From IMG/VR virus record IMGVR_UViG_3300031992_000018, positions 64,001 through 128,000 of that record: 64,000 nucleotides of DNA; one strand, given 5' to 3'. Positions 29,813 through 40,017 of the stretch are shown here, piece by piece. Position 1 is the stretch's first letter. Each line of letters begins with the position of its first letter. The notes beneath the pieces are model-generated. The model had not been told where the DNA came from. It was given only the letters and a program-made list of their open reading frames with translations, and did no database searches. Position numbers and translations under genes: made by a program. This stretch comes from a virus. Its lineage: Duplodnaviria > Caudoviricetes.

Positions 29813-31057
29813 ATGATATTAAATCAAGGTTTAGCATATACAGATTTGACAATTGTACCAGCTGTTATTAGTGATGTTGATAGTAGAAAAGAATGTAATA
29901 TCTTTTATGAAGATGGAAATCTTCCTATTTTTACATCTCCAATGATGACTGTAGTTAATGAACATAATTATAAAATTTATAAAGATAATAAAATTAATGT
30001 AATTCTTCCAAGAACTATTAAGTATAAAGAAAGAATTGATTTTCTTAATAATGGTGAATGGGTTGCATTTTCTTTAAAAGAATTTAAAAGATTATTCTGT
30101 TATTTACCTGAAGATCCTGTTCAAAATGTCTTTAAACAAGAAAAGGATAAAGAATATAAAGTATTAATTGATATGGCTGATGGTCATATGCATTCTTTAT
30201 ATAAAACAACTTTTGAAGCAAAAAGAATTGCAAAAAATTATGGATATAAACTTACTATAATGGTAGGTAATATAGCTAATCCTATGACATATCGTTGGAT
30301 ATGTGAGAATACTTATGTAGATTATGTTCGTCTTGCTATTGGAAGTGGTGCAAATTGTATTACAGCTTCTAATACTGGTGTTCATTATCCTATTGCCACT
30401 CTTATTGATCAATGTAAGCAGATTAAAGAAGAACTTAAAGGAAATATGGATTATTATGAACCAGGTACAGATTATATAGATGTAAAATGTTTACCATATC
30501 TTGTAGCAGATGGTGGTATCAAGAATTATTGTGATATTAATAAAGCTCTTGCTCTTGGTGCTGATTATGTAATGATTGGTTCTTTATTTGGACAACTTCT
30601 TGAAAGTAGTGCAGATATGATTATTGAGTCAAGAGATAATGCTCAATATCCTGCAATTTATGATAATGAAGTAGGTAAGGTAGTTTATTATACTTCTTAT
30701 GGTTCAAAGAAACTTAATATTTGGAATGGAAATACTGAAGAAGAAAAACGTACATTTATTCGTTCAGTAAAAAGTATTAAGAAGAGACTTATTGGTATGT
30801 CTACTAAGGAAGCTCAGATTGCTATTGCCAGATGTCTTGAAGAACCTCAGGAATTAACTCCAGATATGTTAAAGACAAGTGAAGGTATTACTACATTTGT
30901 TGAATGTAAATATACACTTTCACAGTGGCTTGAGAATATGATGGATTATCTTAAGAGTGGAATGAGTTATTGTAATTGTTTTACTCTTGAAGAATTTAAG
31001 AATAATTGTGATTTAATTATTAATTCACCAGCAGAAATACAAGCAGTAAATAAGTAA
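29813..31057 (+). CDS. IMPDH/GMP reductase family enzyme, GMP-reductase-like
   Basis: SPMMTV, IDMADGH, GNIA, GSGANCIT, ADGGI...DINKALALGADYVMIG, GMS, SEG; no CBS domains and no Arg-Tyr flap dyad seen. Confidence 0.8.
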   Translation: MILNQGLAYTDLTIVPAVISDVDSRKECNIFYEDGNLPIFTSPMMTVVNEHNYKIYKDNKINVILPRTIKYKERIDFLNNGEWVAFSLKEFKRLFCYLPEDPVQNVFKQEKDKEYKVLIDMADGHMHSLYKTTFEAKRIAKNYGYKLTIMVGNIANPMTYRWICENTYVDYVRLAIGSGANCITASNTGVHYPIATLIDQCKQIKEELKGNMDYYEPGTDYIDVKCLPYLVADGGIKNYCDINKALALGADYVMIGSLFGQLLESSADMIIESRDNAQYPAIYDNEVGKVVYYTSYGSKKLNIWNGNTEEEKRTFIRSVKSIKKRLIGMSTKEAQIAIARCLEEPQELTPDMLKTSEGITTFVECKYTLSQWLENMMDYLKSGMSYCNCFTLEEFKNNCDLIINSPAEIQAVNK

Positions 31058-31058
31058 T

Positions 31059-31415
31059 ATGATTACAGAAGATTATGTCTCATATGAGATTGCCAAACTC
31101 TTAAAAGATAAGGGATTTGATGAGTCATGTTTAATGTGCTATACTTCAGACAAAAAATTAGGAAATTATGGACATTATAAAAGTTGTAAGAATAGTGATG
31201 TTTTTGCATTAACTGCACCAACTATTCAAAAGGCAATGAAGTGGTTAAGGAAAGTCCATAACATTGATATATCAGTGACTCCTGATAGAAAGAATGGTTA
31301 TTCAGTTTTAATATTTAAGGATAAACGATTACCATTCGATACTCTTGATTCGTATTCTACTTACGAACAAGTCTGTGAAGTTGCTATAAAATATTGTTTA
31401 CAAAATTTAATATGA
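31059..31415 (+). CDS. conserved Bacteroidales-phage-type hypothetical protein
   Basis: EDYVSYEIAKLLKDKGF...APT...AMKWLR...TYE...E.AIKYCL pattern. Confidence 0.6.
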   Translation: MITEDYVSYEIAKLLKDKGFDESCLMCYTSDKKLGNYGHYKSCKNSDVFALTAPTIQKAMKWLRKVHNIDISVTPDRKNGYSVLIFKDKRLPFDTLDSYSTYEQVCEVAIKYCLQNLI

Positions 31416-31759
31416 TATCAAAAGATTTTAATAAAAAATTCTTATTCAATAGAGATGAAACTGGAAGATTTATTGTAAAGTCTATTAATACTGGTAAATC
31501 TTATTATGTTGAAACTATTGATGATGAAGAAAAAAGTTATTGGGGAGATTATGATCCAGCAAGTAAGAAATTTACTGGTAATTATGGATTTAAATATAAA
31601 GGTAGTATTAAGGAAGAAGAATCATTAATTACAAAAGAAAATGGTTTTGAAAAAATTCATGTTCTTAAACCAGGAGAATCTCCACTTGATTATATAAATA
31701 GAATTGATACTGAATATTATGAAAATACCAGAAGAAACATATCTAAAATGGATGAATGA
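31412..31759 (+). CDS. hypothetical protein
   Basis: ETGRF.V.S..TG..Y.VE...WGD.DPA motif. Confidence 0.65.
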   Translation: MISKDFNKKFLFNRDETGRFIVKSINTGKSYYVETIDDEEKSYWGDYDPASKKFTGNYGFKYKGSIKEEESLITKENGFEKIHVLKPGESPLDYINRIDTEYYENTRRNISKMDE

Positions 31760-32024
31760 TTATTTTCATTGTGCAGATAAAGAAGTAGAAAATAATTATC
31801 AAATTTGGAAAGATTTTTTAATTGAATCAAAAAATAATGATAAATTATTCAGTGTATGGAATGCAATGATAGAAGGTAGACTTGGTATGCATGTAAGAAA
31901 TTATATGAGAGAAAATCATCCTGAAATTGATTATGATATTCAGAATTATGGATTTTTTGAAGATTATTCTTGGGAATTAATACAAAAACTTGTAGATAAA
32001 ATAGAAAAAGGAGAGATTAATTAA
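31719..32024 (+). CDS. hypothetical protein
   Basis: GMHVRNYMR motif. Confidence 0.6.
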   Translation: MKIPEETYLKWMNDYFHCADKEVENNYQIWKDFLIESKNNDKLFSVWNAMIEGRLGMHVRNYMRENHPEIDYDIQNYGFFEDYSWELIQKLVDKIEKGEIN

Positions 32025-32040
32025 AACCTCTCCTTTTTTT
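32005..32040 (+). terminator. intrinsic terminator
   Basis: aaaaaggagag...ctctccttttttt. Confidence 0.75.
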
Positions 32041-32127
32041 AAGTTATTATAGCATATTTACATATATTTAAAAATAAACTTAAATATTTCTATATTATTA
32101 AATATAATAATTATATATTGGATAGTT

Positions 32128-32634
32128 ATGCTTATAGAACAAATGATGAATAAAAGAGATATTGCTACTAATATTTCTGTTATATTTCAGAATATATTTG
32201 GTAAAGATATTTCTGGAGTTTTTATGATAGAAGATCTTGAAACACGAAATAATCAAGAGTTTAGAGAGTATATATTAAGTGAAATGTCTAGACTTAATTT
32301 AGATATTATGATATTTACTGGTTGGGCATTTACAAAAGATTTATTTCATAAATTAATATCATATAAAAATTTTGAAGAAAATGATCAGTCTACAGAATTA
32401 AGAGTACTTATATTTCCAGAAATATTAAGTATTATTGTTTTTAAGAATGTAGATGTAATGAAATCTTCAATTAAGAAGCTTACACAAGAACATAAATTAT
32501 GTTCAGATATTAATATTAAGAATATAGTAGAATTAGATAATGGTATTGAAATAAATTATTATACAAATACTGTAACTAAATTATTTGAAGAAAAACCAAA
32601 ATCATTACAAGAAATTATTGAAACAGATGAATAA
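32128..32634 (+). CDS. hypothetical protein
   Basis: 168-aa ORF. Confidence 0.65.
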   Translation: MLIEQMMNKRDIATNISVIFQNIFGKDISGVFMIEDLETRNNQEFREYILSEMSRLNLDIMIFTGWAFTKDLFHKLISYKNFEENDQSTELRVLIFPEILSIIVFKNVDVMKSSIKKLTQEHKLCSDINIKNIVELDNGIEINYYTNTVTKLFEEKPKSLQEIIETDE

Positions 32635-33436
32635 GATACTTATAATACCTGATGTACATGGTCGTTCTTTTTGGAAAGAAGAAGTATATAGAGTAATTGA
32701 AAATGAAAAGGATACTCATATAGTTTTTCTTGGTGATTATATTGATCCATATTCTTATGAAGGAATATTTCCAGAAGATGGTATTGCTGCTCTTGAAGAA
32801 ATTATTGATTTAAAGATAAAATATAAGGATCAAATAACTCTTCTTCTTGGTAATCATGATTGTGGTTATATTTGGGATAGTGTATGTAGAGCAAGAAGAA
32901 GTGTAAAATATTATAAAGATATAAATCATTTATTAGTATCTAATTTATCATTATTTGATTTAGCATATAAAGTAGAATTTGGTAATAAGAAATATCTTTT
33001 TACTCATGCTGGTGTACATAAAGTATGGATAGATAGATTTATTGATTATTTAAATGTTAAAATTGGATATAATGATATTGATTTCTTTTTAAATAATGCT
33101 CTTCATGTAGATACATATTCAGATGCTCTTGAATCTTTTCTTGGTGAGTATTCTTATTTCAGATCATATTTTGGACCAGATTATGGTTCATGTATATGGG
33201 CAGATGTAAGAGAATTATCTGAAGAACTTCCTCATAGAAAAAAAGATAAAGAACTTGGATATTTTCAAATATTTGGTCATACTCAATTAGAAAATGAACC
33301 GATTATTCAAGATGGATTTGCATGTCTTGATGTAAGAAGGTATTTTTATTTAACAGATGAAAATAAACTATTAGATCCTAAACATCCTACATGTGAATGG
33401 GAATATGATTTAAATAATTTAGATAAGAAGCAATAA
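32627..33436 (+). CDS. calcineurin-like metallophosphoesterase
   Basis: DVHG, GDYID, GNHD, HAG, GHT motifs. Confidence 0.88.
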   Translation: MNKILIIPDVHGRSFWKEEVYRVIENEKDTHIVFLGDYIDPYSYEGIFPEDGIAALEEIIDLKIKYKDQITLLLGNHDCGYIWDSVCRARRSVKYYKDINHLLVSNLSLFDLAYKVEFGNKKYLFTHAGVHKVWIDRFIDYLNVKIGYNDIDFFLNNALHVDTYSDALESFLGEYSYFRSYFGPDYGSCIWADVRELSEELPHRKKDKELGYFQIFGHTQLENEPIIQDGFACLDVRRYFYLTDENKLLDPKHPTCEWEYDLNNLDKKQ

Positions 33437-33490
33437 TGAATATTGCTTCTATTTTTTTCTATATTATTATATATTTTAGATAGTATAGTT

Positions 33491-35371
33491 ATGATTAGTC
33501 GTCAAGAAGTAGAATATAATGTTAATGATTTTGTATCTAAGAATTTAGATAATTTTTCTTTTAGAGAATATCAAAAAGAAACAATTGTTGATATAATTCT
33601 TAATATACTTAATCATGAACATAAAAATTATATTGTAGAAGCTCCAACAGGAAGTGGTAAATCATTAATTAATATTATATCTGCTTGTGTATTAAGAAAT
33701 TATTATAAAATTACATCATATATACTTGTATCAGATTTGTATCTTTGGGAACAGTATGAAAATTTTTTGAAAAAGAATAAACAATTAAATATTGCTTCTC
33801 TTAAAGGACAGACTGGTAATTATTGTTGTGCTATAAATGGTGAAGATATACGTCATGGTGATTGTAGATTAGCTGGTCTTTCTTGGGCAAGTTTATTTAA
33901 TAAAACAACAATAGAAAGATATGGATATGATTGTGCATATACATGTGAATATGTAAATGCTAGAAGAAAAGCAACTAAATCAGAAATATGTATTATGACA
34001 TATCAGCTTTTCTTATTTATTATGAACAATCCTCAATTTAATAGTGATGGAAAAGGAGGATTTATGTTTCCTCCTCATGATGTATTATTCTGTGATGAGT
34101 GTCATAATATTCCAGGTATTGTTCAAATGGAATATGCTCCTACTATTGTAGAAAATGATTTTGATAAATTATGTTTAATATTTGACAGATATTTTAATAA
34201 GAAATTTAATCTTTTTGAAGATAAACAAAGTGATATATTATTAGATACTTTTCCTTATAAGACATCTTCAGAAATGAAAGAAGATATGATTAAATTTTGG
34301 AATACATGGACTAATCCAGAATCAAGAAAAGATGAGGATTATGAATGTATGAAAAAATATGTCAATATTATTATGAAATTAGGAGAATTTTCTAAGGACA
34401 TTGAATTAGAAATTTCTACTAAGAAACTAAATAAAGAGAATATCACAAAAGAAGATATGAAAATTTATAAAGTTTCTAGTTGGTATGCTAATTATTGGTG
34501 TCATTGGGAAGATTTTCTTGATGCTATAAAAAATACTAGTACAGATTATCTTCTTAAAGATATTACAATAGCAAATGATGATAATCATGTTTCTGTATCA
34601 TTTAAATGTACAAAAGAAGATTATCTTGTTTATAGATATTTATTAAGTAAAGCGAACTATAAAGTATTTTGTTCTGCTACTATTGGTGGTAAAGATGCAT
34701 ATGATGAAAATATGGGATTTAGATATGATGTTGATGAAAATCGTTCTGAAGAATTAAATAAATCAAAATCAGTTAAAGTTCCATCTACATTTGATTTTAC
34801 TAAATCTCCTATTCATTTTTTGAATAAATTTAAAATGTCATTTAAAGATAAAGAAATTTCTTTTTATCATTTAAAGAATGTAATTTATTCAATATGCAAT
34901 ACTAAGTTTAAAGATCAAAAAGGAATGATTCAAACTGGTTCATATTATTTTGCTAAGAAATTATATGATGAAGCTCCTTTTGAAATTAAACAAAGAATGC
35001 TTGTTTATAGTGGTTCTAAAGAAAAGAATACAATGATTCAAATTCATCAGATGAGTACAAATACTATTCTTGTTGGACCAACATTAAATACTGGTATTGA
35101 CCTTCCTGGAGATGAATGTAGATTTATCATTATACTTAAAGTACCATATCCAAGTATGGCTGATAAACTTGTAAAAGAAAAGATTAAGTTATTTCCTCTT
35201 TGGTATAATTCAAGTACAAGTAATGAGATAATCCAAGGTATTGGTCGTGGTGTACGTTATGATGGTGATTGGTGTGTAACTTATATACTTGATGCTTGTT
35301 TCTGGAATTTATATTTAAGTACAAAAGAACAATATCCAGAAGAATTACAAAAAAGAATAAATATAATATAA
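33491..35371 (+). CDS. DinG/YoaA/XPD-family SF2 helicase (probably Fe-S binding)
   Basis: APTGSGKS, Cys cluster, DECH, SAT, GIDLPG, KVPYP, QGIGRGVR. Confidence 0.88.
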   Translation: MISRQEVEYNVNDFVSKNLDNFSFREYQKETIVDIILNILNHEHKNYIVEAPTGSGKSLINIISACVLRNYYKITSYILVSDLYLWEQYENFLKKNKQLNIASLKGQTGNYCCAINGEDIRHGDCRLAGLSWASLFNKTTIERYGYDCAYTCEYVNARRKATKSEICIMTYQLFLFIMNNPQFNSDGKGGFMFPPHDVLFCDECHNIPGIVQMEYAPTIVENDFDKLCLIFDRYFNKKFNLFEDKQSDILLDTFPYKTSSEMKEDMIKFWNTWTNPESRKDEDYECMKKYVNIIMKLGEFSKDIELEISTKKLNKENITKEDMKIYKVSSWYANYWCHWEDFLDAIKNTSTDYLLKDITIANDDNHVSVSFKCTKEDYLVYRYLLSKANYKVFCSATIGGKDAYDENMGFRYDVDENRSEELNKSKSVKVPSTFDFTKSPIHFLNKFKMSFKDKEISFYHLKNVIYSICNTKFKDQKGMIQTGSYYFAKKLYDEAPFEIKQRMLVYSGSKEKNTMIQIHQMSTNTILVGPTLNTGIDLPGDECRFIIILKVPYPSMADKLVKEKIKLFPLWYNSSTSNEIIQGIGRGVRYDGDWCVTYILDACFWNLYLSTKEQYPEELQKRINII

Positions 35372-35372
35372 T

Positions 35373-35702
35373 ATGGAAAATTTTAATGATATATTACCAG
35401 GACAATATATATGGTTTTCTGATGAAGGAAATGTAGGTCAATATAAAGTTGTTGATATTGATAAAAAGAATAATAAATTAGTTTATAATAATGGTGATAA
35501 AGATATAGAAATTCCATTTGATTATAAATCATCAAAATGTGATAAATTTTATGCAAATGGAAGTGATGCTTTTGATAATGCTAGAGAATATGCAAATAAA
35601 TATTATAAAATATTAAATCCTGGTACTATAAATGCTCATACAGTATATAAATCACCAGAAGAAATATCTATACAAAATGTTAAACAAATGTTATTTGATT
35701 AA
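35373..35702 (+). CDS. hypothetical protein
   Basis: 109-aa ORF. Confidence 0.6.
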   Translation: MENFNDILPGQYIWFSDEGNVGQYKVVDIDKKNNKLVYNNGDKDIEIPFDYKSSKCDKFYANGSDAFDNAREYANKYYKILNPGTINAHTVYKSPEEISIQNVKQMLFD

Positions 35703-35704
35703 TT

Positions 35705-36238
35705 ATGGATGCAAAAGAATATAAAATTACAATTAAAGAATTAAGAGAACAAAGAGATTTCTATCAAAAAGAAGCAAACAGACTTGCTAAAGAAATGGAT
35801 GAACTTGTAAATTCAATTAATAAAGAAACAGTTAATTGGATGATTGGTAAATATCTTAAGATTGATAGAAGAAATACAGGTGGTTATCTTGAATTCTTTT
35901 ATGTTGATAATATAGATACACGTCCAAGAGGATATACACTTTATGGAAAGGGTTTTGATATAAGTGAGATTGTAATAAAAATAAATGATACATGTACATT
36001 ATTTGTAGAAGATGGGAATCTTGATTGTATTTCAGAAATAACTAAAGATGATTTTTATAAAGCATTTGATGAATATGTTAAATTATTTAGAGAAAAACTA
36101 AATGATATTAAAAATTATAAATCTTTAGGAAATCAATTTGCATTTAAAAATTCTATGATAAGTGCAACATTAGAACTTAAAGATAAAAATTCATTCTCAA
36201 ATAAAATACTTGAAGTATTAAAAATAAATGAAGAATAA
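35705..36238 (+). CDS. hypothetical protein
   Basis: 177-aa ORF with N-terminal coiled coil. Confidence 0.6.
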   Translation: MDAKEYKITIKELREQRDFYQKEANRLAKEMDELVNSINKETVNWMIGKYLKIDRRNTGGYLEFFYVDNIDTRPRGYTLYGKGFDISEIVIKINDTCTLFVEDGNLDCISEITKDDFYKAFDEYVKLFREKLNDIKNYKSLGNQFAFKNSMISATLELKDKNSFSNKILEVLKINEE

Positions 36239-36240
36239 TT

Positions 36241-36624
36241 ATGAATCCAATACCTTTGAATAATGAAACCATGGGATTTAACCAAGAAGTTTATTTTGAT
36301 ATTCTAAAACAAAGAGAAACTATATTAAAGACTGAAGAAGAAAATAAAAAGAAAAGAAAAGAATATTTAAAATTAACAGAACCACTTAGAAAAGAACTTG
36401 AAAATCTAAGGAAAGAAGAATTAGAAAAATTAATGTTAAATAAAAAATTTATAAGATATTGTAAAATTGGAAAAGAAAGTGGTTTTTTAACAAAAGATTA
36501 TCATATTCAAAGATCTACGGGTGGTTGTGGATTTGAAGATATTGATTTGATTTATGAATATGGTTCTAAAGAATATAAAAAGAAGGTAAAAGAAATAATT
36601 AATAAGATTAATCAAATTAAATAG
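36241..36624 (+). CDS. hypothetical protein
   Basis: 127-aa ORF ending in TAG. Confidence 0.6.
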   Translation: MNPIPLNNETMGFNQEVYFDILKQRETILKTEEENKKKRKEYLKLTEPLRKELENLRKEELEKLMLNKKFIRYCKIGKESGFLTKDYHIQRSTGGCGFEDIDLIYEYGSKEYKKKVKEIINKINQIK

Positions 36625-36626
36625 TT

Positions 36627-37016
36627 ATGGTAAGGAAAAAGTCTTATAAAATTTTTGAAATGGATTATCTTAAACATGCAGATTTAACTGAAGATGATCT
36701 TTATTATCTTTTTGAAACTTCAAGTCTTAATTATTCTTTTTTGATTGATGAGTTTAAAAGAACTAACCAAGAAATAACTGATGAAAAAAAGATAATCAAT
36801 CTTGTTAAAAATGATAAAGATTGGATGTATAAGTATTTTTGGACATCTAAGCAAAGAGAAGAATTTGAAAAAGATGTTAAAGAAGCATATATAAATATAA
36901 GACGATGTGGAAAAGAAGAAGCAGAAAGTTCTACACAATTTTGGATTATTATGTATGGACTTACAGATTCTAAATTAAGAAACAATAAAAATATTTCTAA
37001 ATTATGTGATGATTGA
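36627..37016 (+). CDS. hypothetical protein
   Basis: 129-aa ORF. Confidence 0.6.
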   Translation: MVRKKSYKIFEMDYLKHADLTEDDLYYLFETSSLNYSFLIDEFKRTNQEITDEKKIINLVKNDKDWMYKYFWTSKQREEFEKDVKEAYINIRRCGKEEAESSTQFWIIMYGLTDSKLRNNKNISKLCDD

Positions 37017-37641
37017 TATATATGTTGGAATTGATCCTTCAATAAATTCATCAGGTATTACATGTATGGCATATGAAAATAATACATTAATACGTGAGAT
37101 GTTTTATATTATAAAACCAGATAAATTAACAAAGAAAGAAGATAAAGCTGAACAAGACAATATTAATAGGTTTATGTATGTTATATATAATAAACCAGAA
37201 TATGATAAAGAAAATAATCATGCTGTTGAATATTATAAAACATTAATATTTAAAGAAATACTTAATAATATTGAAGAAGTAATTAAAAAATTTATTATTC
37301 AAGTAACAGATAATAAACCTTATAATTTATATATTTGCCAAGAAGGTATTTCATATGGATCTTCAATAAGAACAAAATCTGTATTTGATTTAGCTGGATT
37401 AAATTTCTTATTAAGAATGATGGTAATAATTAAATTTGATATTACATTCTTTTTAATTGCTACTCCAAGTGAAATAAAAAAGAAAACATCTGGAAATGGT
37501 AATTGCAAAAAAGAAGTAATGATAGATTTATTTAAAGCTTGCAGACCAGATTTTGATTTACCTAAAATTGATGATATTGCTGATTCATTTTGGATGGCAA
37601 ATTATATTAAAAATTTACATGAAGAAGGAATAGTACAATGA
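37009..37641 (+). CDS. RuvC-like Holliday junction resolvase
   Basis: VGIDPS..SSG, QEG, P.EIKK...G.GN..K..M, DDIADS. Confidence 0.85.
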   Translation: MIDIYVGIDPSINSSGITCMAYENNTLIREMFYIIKPDKLTKKEDKAEQDNINRFMYVIYNKPEYDKENNHAVEYYKTLIFKEILNNIEEVIKKFIIQVTDNKPYNLYICQEGISYGSSIRTKSVFDLAGLNFLLRMMVIIKFDITFFLIATPSEIKKKTSGNGNCKKEVMIDLFKACRPDFDLPKIDDIADSFWMANYIKNLHEEGIVQ

Positions 37642-38606
37642 AGAAAATACTTATATTAGTAATGTCTTGTAAAGATGAATTTTTTCAAGAACAAGAAAAA
37701 TTTATAGATCAGACCTGGGGTAAAGATGTTTTAGAAGGTAAATATCCTAATATAAAAATCATGAAATATCATGGTGGAGAAGATAAAAATGAAATTACAT
37801 CTACAGAAATGAAATTACATTGTGAAGATGATATAAATAATACTTTTAAAAAGACTTATTTAGCATTTTCATTAGCTAAAAAATATATGAATTATGATTA
37901 TATTTTTAGAGTAAATACTTCTACATATGTAAATATTGACCTTCTTAATAATTTTGTTCAAAATTTAAAAACTGATGATGTTCTTTGGTGTGCAGAACTT
38001 TATTCATTATCAGAATCAATGACTCCATTTCCATTAAATCTTTTTGGACGAGGTAATGCTCTTTTATTTTCAAGTTATCTTATTGATATTATATTATCTC
38101 AAGGATTTTCATATTTATATTTTAATATGACTGATGATAATACAATAGGAAATATTTTAAATTCTTATTGGATGAAAAATAATATGAATTATTTAGATCA
38201 TATTAAGTCATTCCGTCATGGTTGGTTTAGATGTATTGGTAGTGATGTTATTACTAAAAATACAATATGTCAATGGAATAATAGTAATTGTTCTTTTGAT
38301 TTTATGAAAAACTTTATGACAATTCAAATAAAAAGATATTGGGAAAGAGAAAAAGAAAATCAAAATTATATAGATTTATATAATAATTGTTTTAGAGATA
38401 ATAAAGATAATAATATTCAAGAAGCAATAGATTTACAATATGAATATTCAAAAAATCCTAATGTTTTTATCGGTTCAATTCTTGGTTATATATCATATGA
38501 TAAATGGTTAGAAATAGATAAACAATATTTATATAAAACAGAAGTAAATAATAAAAGTATTGATGATATAAATAGAGGTAAAGGTAAAGATTTAATTATA
38601 TTATGA
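37638..38606 (+). CDS. GT-A fold glycosyltransferase-like protein
   Basis: ILILVMSC...QTW, TFKKT, YDYIFRVNTSTYVN, DD..IG motifs. Confidence 0.6.
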   Translation: MKKILILVMSCKDEFFQEQEKFIDQTWGKDVLEGKYPNIKIMKYHGGEDKNEITSTEMKLHCEDDINNTFKKTYLAFSLAKKYMNYDYIFRVNTSTYVNIDLLNNFVQNLKTDDVLWCAELYSLSESMTPFPLNLFGRGNALLFSSYLIDIILSQGFSYLYFNMTDDNTIGNILNSYWMKNNMNYLDHIKSFRHGWFRCIGSDVITKNTICQWNNSNCSFDFMKNFMTIQIKRYWEREKENQNYIDLYNNCFRDNKDNNIQEAIDLQYEYSKNPNVFIGSILGYISYDKWLEIDKQYLYKTEVNNKSIDDINRGKGKDLIIL

Positions 38607-39337
38607 CAGATACAAGTATATATATATTAGCATATGATAAAGTAACATTATTAGATGATTCATTAAAAGTATTATATTGTGGTAAAACAGATAATACTGG
38701 AGATAATATATCTAATAAGAATGAGTATTTTGTTGAGACAACAGGAATTTATTGGATTTGGAAAAATACAAATAGTAAATATATTGGAAATATGCAATAT
38801 AGAAGATTTTTAAGTATTAATCCAAGATATATTGAAAATATACTAAAAGATTATGATATAATATTAGCAAATCCAATTATATTTCCATATTCATTAAGGA
38901 CTCAATACATGTATAAACATAATGTAAATGATATTGATACAATAAAAAATATAATTAAAGATAAATTTCCAAGTTATTTAGATTCTTATGAAAAATATAT
39001 TGAAAATGGAAATGTTCTTTTTTATAGTAATTCATTTATAACTAAAAGGGAGATTTATAATGATTTATGTAATTTTTGTTTTTCTATTTTATTTGAATTC
39101 GAAAAAATATTTAATTTATCAAATAAAGAAGATAGATTAAGACATGCAGCAGAAGCATTAAAATTATATCCTGAACAAAAAGAAGTAAGTCATTCTGGAG
39201 AAGATATTGTATTATATCAATCTAGATTTTGTGGATATTTATTTGAAAGATTATTAACATTATATATATATCATAATAAGTTGAATATATATTTATGTGG
39301 AAATTATATAAAATTAGAAGATAATATGAAAATATAA
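38603..39337 (+). CDS. DUF4422 glycosyltransferase-like protein
   Basis: DNTGDNISNKNEYFVETTGIYWIWKN, YIG..QYRRF, R..GYLFERL. Confidence 0.85.
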   Translation: MTDTSIYILAYDKVTLLDDSLKVLYCGKTDNTGDNISNKNEYFVETTGIYWIWKNTNSKYIGNMQYRRFLSINPRYIENILKDYDIILANPIIFPYSLRTQYMYKHNVNDIDTIKNIIKDKFPSYLDSYEKYIENGNVLFYSNSFITKREIYNDLCNFCFSILFEFEKIFNLSNKEDRLRHAAEALKLYPEQKEVSHSGEDIVLYQSRFCGYLFERLLTLYIYHNKLNIYLCGNYIKLEDNMKI

Positions 39338-39346
39338 GTAAAAATT

Positions 39347-39384
39347 TTGAATTTCCTCATTTTTGTTCTATATTATTAATGTAA
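39347..39384 (+). promoter_or_regulatory. class I promoter-like motif
   Basis: TTGAAT-N16-TATATT followed by TGTA. Confidence 0.7.
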
Positions 39385-39401
39385 TTAAAACAAACAACAT
39401 T

Positions 39402-40016
39402 ATGAAAAAGAACATCGATATTTTTTCCAAAGATTATCAGAAACAACTTAAAGAACGTTATTCTATTGCTCTTGAGGATGTTTGGAAAAAAGATAGTAAG
39501 ATGATTGATTGGGCAATGAAGCAGATTACATTCATTGCTCCAATTTGTGACGGTAAATATTTAATTGAATTTACAAAACCCAATATTGAAACTGAATTCT
39601 GGTTTGGTGAATCTGATTGTGGACAGGGTTTTTCTCATGATGAGAATAATAAACGTATGAATAAAGTTAGGTTGACTTTGGAAGAATATTTCATTAATAA
39701 GAATATGGAAAGTATTAATAATGAAATTAATACTATCAAAAATATTCTTAATGGAAAATCTTCAAATAAAGCTAAACATTATTTACAGTATTGGAATTCC
39801 CCTGCTGATTCTCCAATTCATGATTTTACTATCGAAAGTCCTTATTATAGAAGTGGAGTAAGTGGTGAAACTTATGATATTTCTAATAAAGATCTGAAAA
39901 TCATTCTTAAAGCTCTTGAGCTTAATAAAGAGAGATTTATGACTCGATTGGTTTCTTATCTTAAGAAATATGGTACTAAAAAAATCCGTGTTAGTTCTTA
40001 CTGGCTTGATAGGTAA
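39402..40016 (+). CDS. hypothetical protein
   Basis: KP.IET.FWFG ... RL..YLKKYG..K....YW.DR pattern. Confidence 0.7.
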   Translation: MKKNIDIFSKDYQKQLKERYSIALEDVWKKDSKMIDWAMKQITFIAPICDGKYLIEFTKPNIETEFWFGESDCGQGFSHDENNKRMNKVRLTLEEYFINKNMESINNEINTIKNILNGKSSNKAKHYLQYWNSPADSPIHDFTIESPYYRSGVSGETYDISNKDLKIILKALELNKERFMTRLVSYLKKYGTKKIRVSSYWLDR

Positions 40017-40017
40017 T

